DNA from: Octopus vulgaris
Taxonomy: Eukaryota
DNA length: 64,000 nucleotides
Direction of reading: 5' to 3'
Assembly (NCBI GenBank): GCA_951406725.2
Contig: OX597818.1
Span: forward strand, 15,810,001-15,874,000
Below the pieces are notes generated by a model, which was not told where the DNA came from, did no database searches, and was given only the letters and a program-made list of their open reading frames with translations. The translations under genes and the position numbers were made by a program. Positions 50,858 through 64,000 of this stretch are shown here, piece by piece; position 1 is the first letter of the stretch, and every line of letters begins with the position of its first letter.

Positions 50858-51383
50858 GTATATATATGCATACACACATCCATATATAGACAGATATACA
50901 GGCAAACAGACACATACACACACATACATATGCACTTGTAAAAATATATATGAACCTTAACAAATATTTAATTAATCATTCAGGTAACACTTGGTAACAT
51001 TTTATACACATCCTGTTATACTTTCCATAACTACGTCTTTTCAATAAAACATGTAGTAAGTTATTTATCTATATAATGTACATACTGTGATATGACAGAC
51101 CAGGTAAACAAGTCAAGGAAATTTTTGTGTTCCCATTATGTATGTATGTACATACACATACATATATATATATATACATACACAAACATATTTCTACAAA
51201 CATACATACATACATACACACACATACACACACATATACATACATACATACATACATACATACATACATACATACATACATGCATACATACATACATACA
51301 TACATACATGCATACATACATGCATACAACATACATGCATACATGCATACATACATACATACATACATACATACATACATACA

Positions 51384-51416
<33 letters not shown>

Positions 51417-51949
51417 GGCTTATGAGTTTAAATTGGATTTCATATATTTACTACCTGTTGAAAAAAATAGTACACAAGCCTTCTTTAAATTACATCCTAC
51501 TATCATAAATATGGCAAGAACATTAGATAATATAAAATCACAACTCTAGGAAAACTAGGTGGGGGTAGTGGCAGTGAATAGGGAGTCTTTTGTGGCAGCT
51601 GTAGTAGTGATGGTGGTGGTGGTGGTGGTGGTGGTGATGTTGGTAATGTGTCTGCTTTAGTAGTATGGTAAACATAGTTTATCAATAGTAACTTGAATAA
51701 TTCTACTCTCTCTTAAAGTGCTGTTGGTTCAAATTTTCAAATTTCCTTTTCTACTCAACTGAATCTATTGGCACTCATTAAATCCTGCTCTGTATTCACT
51801 GGTAGAGAATCTATACCAAATTATACTATGTCTAAATATATGGAATTGACACAGTTAAAAGGAACTCCATCAGAGCTAACCTACATAGAGTGGCCAGTTG
51901 GCATGTGCCAACAGATGTAAGGGATCACTTCCTGCCAATTTTTTTTTTT

Positions 51950-52860
51950 GTTAAAATGTCCCAAGCAAGGTGAGAAGCCACTTAGTGTAAGGGAGTATGT
52001 AAAAGGAGAAGTTAAAATGAATGGAATGATTTTAATGTAGACTTGAAAAAGTTCATGCTATAAGAAGGAGGAAAACAATGAGATGGAAGAGAATACTGTA
52101 GTCTGGTAGTTCAATGAAAAAATCTATGACCATAGAAAGATTTCCTTCTTCATGGAAGCACTAGAGCATTTGGATGAAGATGCTGTGAGTTCTGAGTCAA
52201 GCGAGATGGCACAATGTGATCTGGAAGTAAGAGAGAAAGTTCATGAGAGCACTTTCTGATAGGAAAGACTTAGACTGGCAATTTCATACCAATGTGACAA
52301 GGATTGCAGAGTTGAAGCAAGAGAGGGACCAATGAAATTAGTGACTCACTTCTGAACCTGGTCAAGAAGATCCAAGCAGTAAGATGATGCACCTGCCCAA
52401 ATATGACATGGATGAATTGTGGACATGTAAAGATACAAAATGGCATTGGATGTAAGATAGTCTTTGACCTTTAAAATAATCCAATCTTATGGAAAGCAGA
52501 CCTACCAATTGATTGTGTATAAGAAGCTTAAGAAAGATCCAGTGAAAAAGTAAGACCAAGCAATTTTAAAGAAGACCTTTCTTCAAGTGGTTTGACTGTC
52601 TCACCATGTTATACCACACCTCAGACCTATAACTCATGCAAATGGGAGGAAGATAGGGATCCTGCTTCCTGCTGAAAGACACGAGTTTGGTCTTGCCAGG
52701 GTTGAAAGTTATTAACCACTTCTTGCTCCATTTCTTAATGGTCTGCAGTTCCACCTCAAAATTAACAACAAATTCTAAACATTTTAAAGGAAAGGGATTG
52801 CCAGGAAAAACAGAATAAAGAGTAGTTCATCACCATGAAGATTAAAGAAAGACTCTTTAC
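51950..52860 (-). mobile_element. CR1/Jockey-group LINE RT C-terminal fossil
   Basis: LQTIKKWSKKWLITFNPGKTKLVSFSRK (ORF 52566-52754) fits the 'W...WL..FN..KT' post-RT motif. Confidence 0.75.
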
Positions 52861-53024
52861 TGAAGGATTACTTTTTCTTTTCATAAATCACTTAAGTGCT
52901 TTTATTTTGTTCTGTACTTTATAAGAACACCATGTACATCACATGCAAAAGTATATATATCTGTATCCCATACATAAATCATATGTATTTAGCACTGATT
53001 ACTAGAATAGTTGGTGAGTAGTTA

Positions 53025-53168
53025 GAAATGAAGTCTATATTTCACATTTGGCCTGAGCTTATTTTTGGTGAAAATGAGGCCTAAATTTCACATTTGACTA
53101 GGCTTCTTATCAATGGAAACAAGGTCTACATTTTGCATCTGGCCTGAGCCTAATATCATTTGAAATGT
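53025..53168. repeat. ~46-bp degenerate tandem repeat, three units
   Basis: GAAA(T)GA.G.CTA.ATTT..CAT.TG.C..GCT recurs three times. Confidence 0.55.
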
Positions 53169-53199
53169 CATCTACTTTGGACAAAGGAGCAGTGGACCC

Positions 53200-53405
53200 T
53201 CTTTTACTCTTTTACTCTTTTACTTGTTTCGAGCAAATCGACCCCAGGACTTATTCTTTGTAAGCCTAGTACTTATTCTATCGGTCTCTTTTGCCGAACC
53301 ATTAAGTTACGGGGACGTAAACACAGCAGCATCAGTTGTCAAGCGATGTTGGGGGCACAAACACAGACACGCAAACGTATACACACACACACATATACAC
53401 ACACA

Positions 53406-53448
<43 letters not shown>

Positions 53449-53550
53449 GACGGGCTTCTTTCAGTTTCCATCTACCAAATCTACTCACAGACACACAAAC
53501 GTATACACACACATACACACACACATACATATACACACACACATACATAT

Positions 53551-53627
<77 letters not shown>

Positions 53628-53830
53628 TGTATGTATGTATATGTATGTGTATATATATATATATATACAATGGGCTTCTTTCAGTTTCCGTCTACCAAAT
53701 CCACTCACAATGCTTTGGTCGGCCCAAGGCTATAATAGAAGACACTTGCCCAAGGTGCCACACAGTGGGACTTAACCTGCAACCATGTGATTGGTAAGCA
53801 AGCTACTTACCATACAGCCACTCCTATGCC
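53200..53830 (-). mobile_element. SINE family A with internal duplication around the microsatellite
   Basis: GGGCTTCTTTCAGTTTCC.TCTACCAAATC.ACTCACA present at ~53452 and ~53672. Confidence 0.85.
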
Positions 53831-54678
53831 TGGTTCAAAGAATATAATTTAATATTTCTAATTCTTTTGTATTTTTTATCTTTACAAGTTTTTAAATAAA
53901 TAATGGAAATTTTTCCTCTTTTCATCTTTCATCCCAAAAATAACTTTTACCCAAGTTCAATAAGATGCTCTGTATTGAATTATCTAGCACTGAATTGTTG
54001 GCACTGAATTATCAGTACTGAATTGTCAGGCGTTGAATTGTCCCATCATGCTGTCACACAGTGTGAGTGATTCCAAAGCCATATATTTGGGATGCAAACT
54101 TCTTACTACACAGTCATGTTTATGCCACAGTGTTTTTTAACCTATTATCTCACCACTCCATAATTGAACTCATTACTGCAAGCTAACAATATAGTTGTCT
54201 GCTCTACACTGTACTTGATGTCTGAAAAGTTGAGTTGTATGTACCCGGCATGTATATCCTATGTTCAAATGGATACTCCTGTCAGTGAAAGCTTTACTGA
54301 GTCACTTATAATACATAGCTCTGTTGATAACAGATATACATAAAGGTACACAGATAAACAGATTAGTATTTCATAGAGGAAGATATTATACTACAAAATG
54401 ACAACAAGGAGTTTGCAATAATGGATTCCGAATGTAAAAGAATATATAATTTAGTGCTGTGTGCAATTGAGGAATAAAAAAGAAGCAAAACTATTAAAAG
54501 CAAAATGAAAAAAAAAAAAAATGATTGTTGTGCAAAATCATTAAGACAATAGAATTGGAGAATTGGAAAGGTAATGTTCTTAAGTTGATTACATATATTG
54601 GTACAAGGTCATGATTTTTCATTAATTGATTATTCAATTTATTGTAATATTTAGTCAGGAATGAGGAGCAGTATTTAT

Positions 54679-54968
54679 TGTTTGTTCCTTCTCGAGCCAT
54701 AAGGGCCGGTTTCCCGGTTTCCTTGGCATATAAGTTCCCCACCTGGACGGGACACCGGTCCGTCGCAGGTGAGCTGCAAAATGCAGAAGGAAAGAGTGAG
54801 AGAAAGTTGTAGCAAAAGAGTTAGCAGAAGTTCGCCATTACCTTCTGCTCAAGCTGCATGGAGCTTAGGTGTTTCGCTCATAAACACACACATCACCCGG
54901 TCTGAGATTCGAACCCGCGATCCCTCAACTGTGAGTCCCCTGCTCTAACCACTAGGCCATGTGCCTCC
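54679..54968 (-). mobile_element. tRNA-derived SINE (family B)
   Basis: Reverse complement of 2913-3209; TSD AG(C/T)AGTATTTAT at 54667-54678 and 54971-54982. Confidence 0.9.
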
Positions 54969-55474
54969 ACAGTAGTATTTATGACCCTTTACAGGGCCTC
55001 TGAGATTGATGGGAGGGAGTATCTTCAAACTGGAGACCTGTTTTGAATTCTTAAAATAGAGTGAACTCTGCTAAAGGGACCCTAGGACCATGTGGTAGTG
55101 TTAAACCAGATGATGAATTAAATCTGTTACAAAAGTTGGCTGTAGAGGATTCAAACCTACAATGCAAAGAACCAATTATGACAAGGCATCTAGTCTAGTA
55201 CTCTAAAAGTTCCACTAGTTCACTGCTCTAACCTAGACCAAGAATGCCCCTGGTTCTATGAAACGAACTTTCAGTTTTAAAATGATCTAAATTAAAACCA
55301 TCCATCAAAATTTAATGTTACTTTATGTCTCAAACATTGGCTTAATAATGACAAAGCTATTTTACTAAATTCATCATTATTTTCAAAATCAATTGAAATA
55401 TAGTTGGTCTATTTTAACAGAAATATAGTAACATATGTGAGTGGATTTGGTAGATGGAAACTGAAAGAAGCCTG

Positions 55475-55509
<35 letters not shown>

Positions 55510-56507
55510 TGTGTGTCTGTGTTTGTTCGCCCCTAGCATTGCTTGATAACCAATGTTGGTGTGTTTATGTCCCCCTCACATAGTGGTTCAGCAAAAGAAA
55601 CTGATAGAAAGTTGACTTCTGCAAGATTTGAACTCAGAATCCAAGATACAGGAATAACTACAAGGCATTTTATTCAATGCTCTAACCATTAGCGTACCTA
55701 GAGTGTGTGCTACTTGGGGTGGCCATTTGGTTTGCACCCCTGGACCTCCAAAAAAAAAAGAAAAACATTCCCTACAGCAGACCCAAAAGTGGTACTGAAC
55801 CCATAAAAGTGCCGCTCAGGATAGATCACCCCTTCTTCCCCACCCCACTAGCTACACTAGTGGCTCTACCAACTCTGACTATTCACATAACGGAAGAGTA
55901 TAGAGGATTGAACCAATCCTAGTATTTGAAAGGTATTTGGTTTTATTGACACTTAAAATAAAATGACAAATTTGATCTCAGTGAGATTAGAAATAAGGCT
56001 AATCCACATTCCTAACATTAACTGGCTTTCAGAATATTCCTGTAATTTGTCTGGAATTACTAGTATGCTGATTAAGATATGGTGGATACTTGTATGTGTT
56101 TTGACTAATTTAACATAAAATGGGTTGTGGCTGTGTATATATTTGTGTGTGTGTGTGTGTCTGTATTTGTCCCCCTACCATCACTTGACAACTGATGCTG
56201 GTGTGTTTAGGTCCCCTGTAACTTAGTGGTTCGGCAAAAGACCCAAAAGAATAAGTACTAGGCTTATAAAGAATAAGTCCTGGGATGAATTTCTTCAAAT
56301 AAAACCCTTTAAGGTGGTGATCCAGCATGGCTGTAATTAAATGACTGAAACAAGTAAAAGAATATAGAAATATATATATATATATCGTTGCTATTATGTT
56401 AAACTGTCATATGTCCAAATTTGGTCAAATGCGTTTCTTTCAATATATATTTTTGCTTGCAATAGCTTGTTCTTTTGGTCAAACTATCATATCTTCAGCT
56501 GCTTCAG

Positions 56508-56669
56508 TCGCAGGAGTGGTTGTGTGGTAAGTAGCTTGCTTACCAACCACATGGTTCCGGATTCAGTCCCACTGCGTGACACCTTGCACAAGTGTCTTCT
56601 ATTATAGCCTGAGGCTGACCAAAGCCTTGTGAGTGGATTTGGTAGAGAGGAAACTGAAAGAAGCCCGTC

Positions 56670-56701
<32 letters not shown>

Positions 56702-56930
56702 GTATATGTTTGTTGGTCTGTGTTTGCCCCCCTCCCAACATGGCTTGACAACTGATGCTGGTGTTTTTACGTCCCCGTCACTTAGCAGTTAGGCAAAAGG
56801 GACCGATAGAATAAGTACTAGGCTTACAAAGAATAAGTCCTGGGGTTGATTTGCTCGACTAAAGGCGGTGCTCCAGCATGGCCACAGTCAAATGACTGAA
56901 ACAAGTAAAAGGGTAAAAGAGTAAAGAGAG
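56508..56930 (+). mobile_element. SINE family A full length (partial copies also at 55436-55610 and 56140-56362)
   Basis: Family consensus. Confidence 0.9.
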
Positions 56931-57346
56931 TAATGAAAGAGAGTGAGTAAAGTACATTTGAAGTGAAGTATGAACCATTAACAATTGGCCTTTTAATTCA
57001 CACTTTATTGATTTGCCAGCAGTGATATTTGTGAGAGCTTTGTAATTTAGTGGTCACCTGGTATGTAATGGAATATACTAAGATACTGAAAACTTATCAG
57101 AGTATGGCTACACTTGTTTGATTACATACCTCAGCATTATTGCCCTCCAAAAATTATGTGAAGTAGTATTTCTCAACCATTTTTTTAACCTATGGATCTT
57201 TTTGATTCCTATTTTACTCAGATGGACCCTACTAGGCATTCAATGTTAAAAAAAATCATATTACATTTTTATAATTAAATATTATTAAGAGCTGTATGAA
57301 CAAAAAGTTAAAATATTTAGTGTATTGTAGAAGTATAACCAATTTA

Positions 57347-57895
57347 TCAAATTCGATGACTGGCATCTGTGCTAGCGGTGTGCAAAGAGCACCATACAAG
57401 TGTGATCATTGACAGAGCAGCTAGCCGGCTTCCGTGCCAGTGGCACATAAAAGGCATCATTCGAGTGTGATCGTTACCAGTGTCACCTTACTGGCACTTG
57501 TGCTTGTCCTAGTAGGGTGCCAAGAGCACCATCCGAGCATGATCATTGCCAGAGCGGCTTCCACGCCAGTGGCACATAAAAGGGCACCATTCAAGCATGA
57601 TCGTTACCAGCGTCACCTTACTAGCACCTGTGCCGGTGGCATGTGTAAAAAGATTCGAGCGAGGTCATTGCCAGTACCGCCTGACTGGCCCCCATACCAG
57701 TGGCACGTAAAAAGCATCCACTACACTCTCGGAGTGGTTGGCATTAGGAAGGGCATCCCGCTGTAGAAACTCTGCCTGATCAAGACTGGAGTCTGGTGCA
57801 GCCATCTGGTTTGCCAGCCCTCAGTCAAAATCGTCCAACCCATGCTAGCATGGAAGGCAGATGTTAAACGATGATGATGATGATGATGATGATGA
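57347..57895 (+). mobile_element. RTE 3' UTR with tandem units and (GAT)n tail
   Basis: 5' part matches the reverse complement of 48520-48690; 3' part matches the 2479 and 32392 copies. Confidence 0.85.
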
Positions 57896-58949
57896 ATTTT
57901 ATGAACAAAATTTTGTATGGATCACCTCTCTCTCCAGGGCCATATGGATTCCGATTAAAAACCACATATGTAATGTAAGGTTACCCAACATGTGTAAACT
58001 AACCTTCAGGAGGTGAATTTTACCCACTGACAGGGTTAATTTGCTGAATCTATATTTGTAAATATTTTTCAATTATATATTTTAAACACAAGAAGTTGAG
58101 AAGAAAATTTGAAGTGGGTTTACTTTTTAAAAAAATACTAATATTTTTTTTTCTACCACTTTGGATTTAATAATCTCTATTATATACTTCTTAATAACTG
58201 TGTTGCTAATGGATTAATCTAATTCAGAAGCCTGTGTTTGGTTTTGGTATCTATTCATCATTAATCATCAATAAAATGACATTGTCATGTGCTATTTTTA
58301 TTTGAACTGAAAATAATGTTCAAAAACAGTATTTTAAATTTCCTCTTTGTCATTGTTTTTCCTTTGTCTTTTAATCCAGAAGGGAGGGGCAGTGTTCATG
58401 ACCTTCTGAGACTGATGGGTAGGAGGAAGTTATTACCAAAGCAGAGCCCTGATCTGAATGCTTAAAACAGAGTAGACTCTGCTGTAGGCATCCAGAATAC
58501 CAGATGGTGGTTAAATCAGGTGATGGGTTAAGTCTACCATCCACGAAGGTCATTGGATATGAACTCAGAACTCAGAACACAAAGAATTGGAACAAATACT
58601 GCAAGGCAAGCAGCTCTTATAGTTCTTGGATCAGTACATTTTGAAACATAAACTCAAATTACTGAACAAAACAAATTTATTTCTGAAAAGTTGTTGGATG
58701 GGTAAATAGAATGTAAATAGTTGAGAACCCCTGGTTTTAAGTGTGGTCTTCAGTTGTTTTGGTCCTACATCAGCTCTTATTGGCCAAATGTATTCTGACC
58801 AAAACCATTCCAAATATGACCATTCTACTTTTTCTCCAGACATGTTATATCTAAAAATAAATTATTTAATGATAGAGTTTAATTCAAAAGATTGTGTTCG
58901 GTTCTGGTATCTGTTCATTGTTAGTTCATAAGTAAATGAAATAACATTC

Positions 58950-59298
58950 TTTTACTGGTTTCAGTCATTAGACTGTGGCCATGCTGGGGTACCACCTTGA
59001 AAGATTTCAGTCAAATGAATTGATTTCAGCATTTTTTTTTTAAAGCCTGGTACTTATTCTATCAATCTCTTTGCCAAACTGCTAGGTTACAGAGACAATA
59101 GGTGGTGGGGACAAACACACACACACACACACACACATACATGATGAGCTTCTTTCAGTTTCTGTCTACCAAATCCTTTTTTGGACAGCCCAAGGCCATA
59201 GTAGAAGACACTTGCTGAAGATGCAACTCAGTAGAATTGAACCTGGAATCATATGGTTGGGAAGCAAACTTTTTAGCACTCAGCAGGTCCTGTGCCTA
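58950..59298 (-). mobile_element. SINE family A, diverged
   Basis: Reverse-complement family motifs. Confidence 0.75.
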
Positions 59299-59593
59299 TA
59301 ATGCATTATTTTTTATTGTTATTTTCATGTGAACTTATTATCTTTTTATGAAAGCTGCTATGGAATAATTTCTAACATCTTATTAAAGATGCTATGATAT
59401 ATGAGAGGGATTTGACTTCTAATTCTAGCATGTTGAGCAGCCATGTAGCACCTGCTGTCATTGGATCAGTAACACAGTATGAATCATAATCTAATGATCA
59501 CAAGATGACTTATTGTCTACATTAGACATCATATCTAAACACACTGATTTGTGGGTCACATCCTCCTGTCATTTGATACTTGTCCAAATTGTG

Positions 59594-59821
59594 TTAAACC
59601 TTTAGTGCTCAGATTATTCTATTAAATGCAATGCTTATTTCTTCACATTGTTTTGAATTAATCATGAATCATCTCATAGCTTCTAAATTCTAATGATGCA
59701 GTAATTTATTTTTAGAATGATATTGTAGGGTAGATGTAAGGGGCCAGATTTGGCCAGTTTGAACATAAAACAAGTAAAATATTTTGGTTGGATACAGCTG
59801 GTTTATATATAAAAGGGTTAA
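59594..59821. mobile_element. piggyBac-like MITE
   Basis: TTAA-(A/C)CCTTT...AAAGGG-TTAA. A second copy starts TTAACCCTT at 60432 and is truncated near 60640. Confidence 0.7.
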
Positions 59822-60242
59822 CATGTACTGAGGCTCTTCTTGATAGCATAAAAAACCCAATATAATTAGGTAACTGTCTCTCAACCTGTTAAAAAATAGC
59901 AGCCAAATTTCCCTGAAATCACAACCTATAGTCTGAAAAAAAATACAGTAAACATATTGGATAATGTAGTCCTAGGTATATTGCATCTGAGAACTAAAGA
60001 CATGATTGTTATGGCTGAAATGCCTTTCATCATAAGATTGCTTGGTCATGGATGATGTGGAGTTAATCCCAACAATAAGCTGGTGGTAGACTTAATCTAC
60101 AACATGGTTTAATACCATGCAGATCTGAACTTTGTAGGCCTGGAGGCCTTTAGTGGAGTCCATTCGGTTTAAGTATTCAGATTTGGTCTTTTATCTAAGG
60201 TTTCTTCCTTCTTTCCCTTCATCAGTCTTGGAAGCCCTGAAA

Positions 60243-60273
<31 letters not shown>

Positions 60274-60639
60274 AAGGGAAATTGGGAGACTTTATTTTGT
60301 AATAAAGGATGTTCCAATTTATTTATACTAACCATATAATTGCTCCAACATTTATAATTGTTCTACCAAAAAATTGTAAAGTACATTGAACTGGAATGAC
60401 ACAGTTTTTTTTTATTTTTGTAGTTGTGTATTTAACCCTTAAGCATTCGGGTTTCTCTGTCAGTTGTAATATTCATTCATTCACATTGTTTTGAATTAAT
60501 CAAGCATTATCTCACAACATTGAGATTTTGATGATCTGATTGTCTATGATTTGAATGGCATTGTCAGGTAGGTGTGAGAAGCCAGATCTGGCTACTTTGA
60601 ACATAAAACAGATAGAACATTTTGGGCCAAATATGGCTG

Positions 60640-61560
60640 GAAAGAGGAGCCAGCTCATAATCACATCAGCAGTGAGGAACATGGCTGGTGCTGAAGTAGG
60701 AGGAGAGGGTTTTGTGTGTAATGCAAGAGCCAATCTGTTAGTGAGGGAAATCATACTTGTCTCCCTGTAAGTGTTGAGGGTGACCTTCAATGGAAACTCA
60801 AGGTTGACAGTCCTCTCAGCCTATAGTCCAACGCAGGGGTACAGTGATGTGTATGCAGAGGAGTTCCACACCAGCTCATAACATCCTGCTTGTTCTGGGT
60901 GACCTCAATGCACATTTGAATAAGGAGAGCAGTGAAGATCCTTACTGGTACTTCCATAACAAAACCAACCAAAATAGGAGACTACTGAGGGACACCCTGC
61001 AGGAGATAAACTTGATGGCAACCAGCCCAAGGTTTAGGAAGAATCTGGGGAAAATATGATCCTATGTTTCTGATATGCATCAGTCCAAGTCCCATATTGG
61101 TTTTATTCTGGTGAGGAAGAAGTGGTAGAATAGTGTTCTGAAACCAGAACCATACAACTATTTCAGTACACTGAGCAGTATCCACCGGCTTGTTTTGAGT
61201 AAGGTCCCAGTGAGCTTAAGAAAGAGTAAGGCTCAGCCTTGGAGAACAATCTATGACTGGGGAGCTTTCAAGGAAGATGATAAGCTATAGGAGAAGTACA
61301 CAATAGAAGTAAGGAACAGGTTTAGTGCTCTGTGTGGAGAGACAGAAGCCCCTGTATGGAGTGGCAGAAGCAAGTGAGGTCCTGGTGACAAGGAGAGAGA
61401 AGAAGAGGAAGAACGTCTGCTTGGCAAACTCAAAAGTGCAGCTAGAGAACACCTGAAAGCTGCCAAGGACCAATTCCTTGCCGAGGAGGAGCAGAAGGAG
61501 ATTGTGCAGATACTGCTAGTTGGTGCCCTGCTATCAGTACTGAATTGTGTCTGTGACCAG
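60640..61560 (+). mobile_element. LINE APE endonuclease fossil (RTE-group-like)
   Basis: LVLGDLNAHL..YFHNKTNQN..L...NLMAT..RFRK, then a degenerate (D)FILVRKKW.NSV and S.HRLV. Confidence 0.75.
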
Positions 61561-61762
61561 GACATTCAACTCTGAAATCTACTTAGTTTTGACCCTCTTG
61601 TGATTATATTTGCGATGAAAATGCCCTGCTCATATGTTTCATTAATTCTGAAAGTAATCAAGAATTTAGAAAGATTCAGTAAATTAATTAACTTTGACAT
61701 TATTAAGCTGGTTTTTGGAATATAACATGCTGTGTGTTTTGGCATACAGGTCAATGTATTAC

Positions 61763-62968
61763 ATGAGGCACATTCAAAAACTATCTGACTTTATTTTTTA
61801 CACCAAAACTAATGCCATGTCAGTAAAATCCTTTGTGTGGAAGGTAAAGCCAATCTCCTGCCCATGTGTAAAAATTTTTACAGTGGTAGGCCACATCAAT
61901 TCCCATCTGCTACACCTAGAGAACAGACATATAGTGCACACTTGTTGGATTTTCATTTTCATCAGACAAAGATACTGCATCAAGTTTTGCCAAAAACTTG
62001 GTGATACTCACGATAAAAGCATCCAGAAGATTAAGCAGACCTCTGGCAAGATGATGCCATGGGCAAAACTTAGATCAAGGAGTTGTATAATCACTTCAAA
62101 CATGGCTGCACCTTAGTGGAGAGTGAGGCATGCTGAGGGAGGCTTAGGGAGAGTGAGGCATGCAGTGGAGAGTGAGGCATCCAGTGGAGAGTGAGGCATA
62201 CTTAGGGAGCCGACCAAGGTTTAGTGAATAGCCATGGAAGAACATTGTATAACAGTCCAGGAAATTGTTTATGAAGTGGGAATAAGCACAGATCCAGGAA
62301 TTCTATTTTAACAGAGGATTTGCGCATGCAGAGAGTGTCAGTGAAATTTATTCCCATGGTACTGGTAGAGACAACTCAGTATGGAATCACTCGGGACATG
62401 CTGGATTGTGCAAACCACAAACTAGACTTCATGAAGACCATCATCACTGGTGATGAGGGATGGGTTTATGGTCTCTGCTCAATGGTCTCTGCAAGATGAC
62501 CATATGTATATGGTCATCTTGCATGAAAAATGACAATCCAACAAGCATGCACTGCATGTCTGTACTCTAAACATAGCAGCCAGAAACTGACACAGCATAC
62601 TGGCATGAAAATTTTCACACATGCACAAGAAGGGTGGCATCACTTCCCACCCTTAAGATTTTGCTCATGTGGTATTAGTTTTGGCAGAGTTGGCAGAATC
62701 GGTAGCACGCCGGGCGAAATGCTTAGCGCTATTTCGTCTGCCAGTACGTTCTGAGTTCAAATTCTGCCGAGGTCAGCTTAGCCTTTCATCCCTTCAGGGT
62801 CGATAAATTAAGCACCTGTTACGCACTGAGGTCGATGTAATCGACTTAATCCGTTTGTCTGTCCTTGTTTGTCCCCTCTGTGTTTAACCCCCTGTGGGTA
62901 GTAAAGAAATAGGTATTAGTTTTGGCAGGGAAAAAATAAAGTTGGATATTTTTTGAATGCACCTTGTA
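61763..62968 (+). mobile_element. Mariner derivative with two inverted 5' ends
   Basis: QRYCIKFCQKLGDT and IITGDEGWVYG remnants; ~61765-61960 is mirrored by 62523-62687 plus 62912-62968. Confidence 0.75.
62688..62911 (+). mobile_element. SINE family C inserted in the mariner end
   Basis: GGTATTAGTTTTGGCAG duplicated at 62671-62687 and 62912-62928. Confidence 0.85.
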
Positions 62969-63189
62969 TAATGTAAATATGTCATGTAAACATTCAAACA
63001 CCATCACTATCTTTCCAAATCTTGCTGCATTTCATATGGAACTGCAGGTCCTCCAACATCATCTTGTTGTATAAGTCAGCCTATCTACTTTGGCTGTAAA
63101 TTTTGGTCTGGAAACTTCAATTTGCATGTCAGAAAATAAAGCAAATGAATGGTTTTTATGTAAAATTATTGTGTTGGGTCAAAAGCTTT

Positions 63190-63297
63190 GCAATACATCA
63201 TTTACATTAATTACAATTGACGGATATTTATCCTCATCTTGTTTGTTGTTAACATAATGTTTCGGCTGATATACCCTCCAGCCTTCATCAGGTGTAT
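63190..63297 (-). mobile_element. Family H 3' part with hammerhead
   Basis: Minus strand ACAC-CTGATGA(63291-63285)-A-GGCTG-GAGGGTATAT-CAGCC-GAAA-CATT. Confidence 0.75.
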
Positions 63298-63313
63298 TAT
63301 TATTATTATTATT

Positions 63314-63659
63314 GAGTGAGCGAGCAGAGCATGCCATCAAAGTGACACTGGGGTAAAATATACGAAGCCCAGTATACCCATCATGACTACCCGTCTGATA
63401 AGGGTACACCAGGCACATGCATCACAACCATATGTGCGCGACATGGTGATCTCATATCAAGATAAACAGCACATGACCTTGCAGGTGGAGCCCAGTTAGA
63501 ATTTTCTTCAGATCAAGTAACCCATCCCGCTCAAAAGGTCCCTGAATAAGGGTTGTTTAAGGACGTTGAACGAAACACCCATGTTTCCAGAGGTGAATTA
63601 TTCAAACCCCAAAGAATCCTTCTCAACACATGGCTATGATGCTCCCCCACTGCATCAAG

Positions 63660-63660
<1 letters not shown>
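63314..63660. repeat. Interspersed element embedded between (TTA)n arrays, class unknown
   Basis: Complex ~350-bp segment bounded on both sides by (TTA)n. Confidence 0.4.
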
Positions 63661-63752
<92 letters not shown>

Positions 63753-64000
63753 GTTTTTTCCTTCTTCCTTCAAATTTTCTTCCGTTTCTCGCCGAGTGTT
63801 TTCCATACACCTAGGACAGAGAAGGGCATTGTATGCATTCCCAGATTACACGCGCAAATTCACAGATAAAATATGTATTTAAAAATTAATAAATAAATAA
63901 ATTCATGGATGGATGTTATTTTCACAGTGATAGTGCTCTTCTCAGTACACGAGCCGTTCCAGTTAATACGTTTTTTTGCACTTCCTGTAGGGATGTAAGC

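Overview
AT-rich, repeat-dense eukaryotic (animal) DNA. The repeat families look to me like those of an octopus/coleoid cephalopod; that is inference from recognition, not a search result. I find no intact protein-coding gene. Almost all ORF-track entries are translations of (TA)n/(CA)n/(CATA)n/(TTA)n microsatellites or of antisense transposon sequence. The window is a mosaic of several tRNA-derived SINE families, RTE 3' ends, and fossils of R4/Dong-like, CRE-like, CR1/Jockey-like and Penelope-like retroelements. It also holds two Ty3/Gypsy relics, three mariner elements, hAT, Tigger and Tc1-type fossils, a non-autonomous Helitron and piggyBac-like MITEs. The most striking signal is a set of at least four apparently unrelated short elements carrying type I hammerhead ribozyme cores (CUGANGA...GAAA) with palindromic minimal stem III. 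One of them is a tRNA-headed (Pol III A/B box) SINE containing a hammerhead. These co-occur with Penelope RT/GIY-YIG fossils and show Penelope-like inverted ends. Other highlights are R4-like LINEs inserted into (CATA)n arrays and a duplicated 68-nt hairpin beside a CCAAT/TATA promoter-like region. All translations and folds were done by eye.
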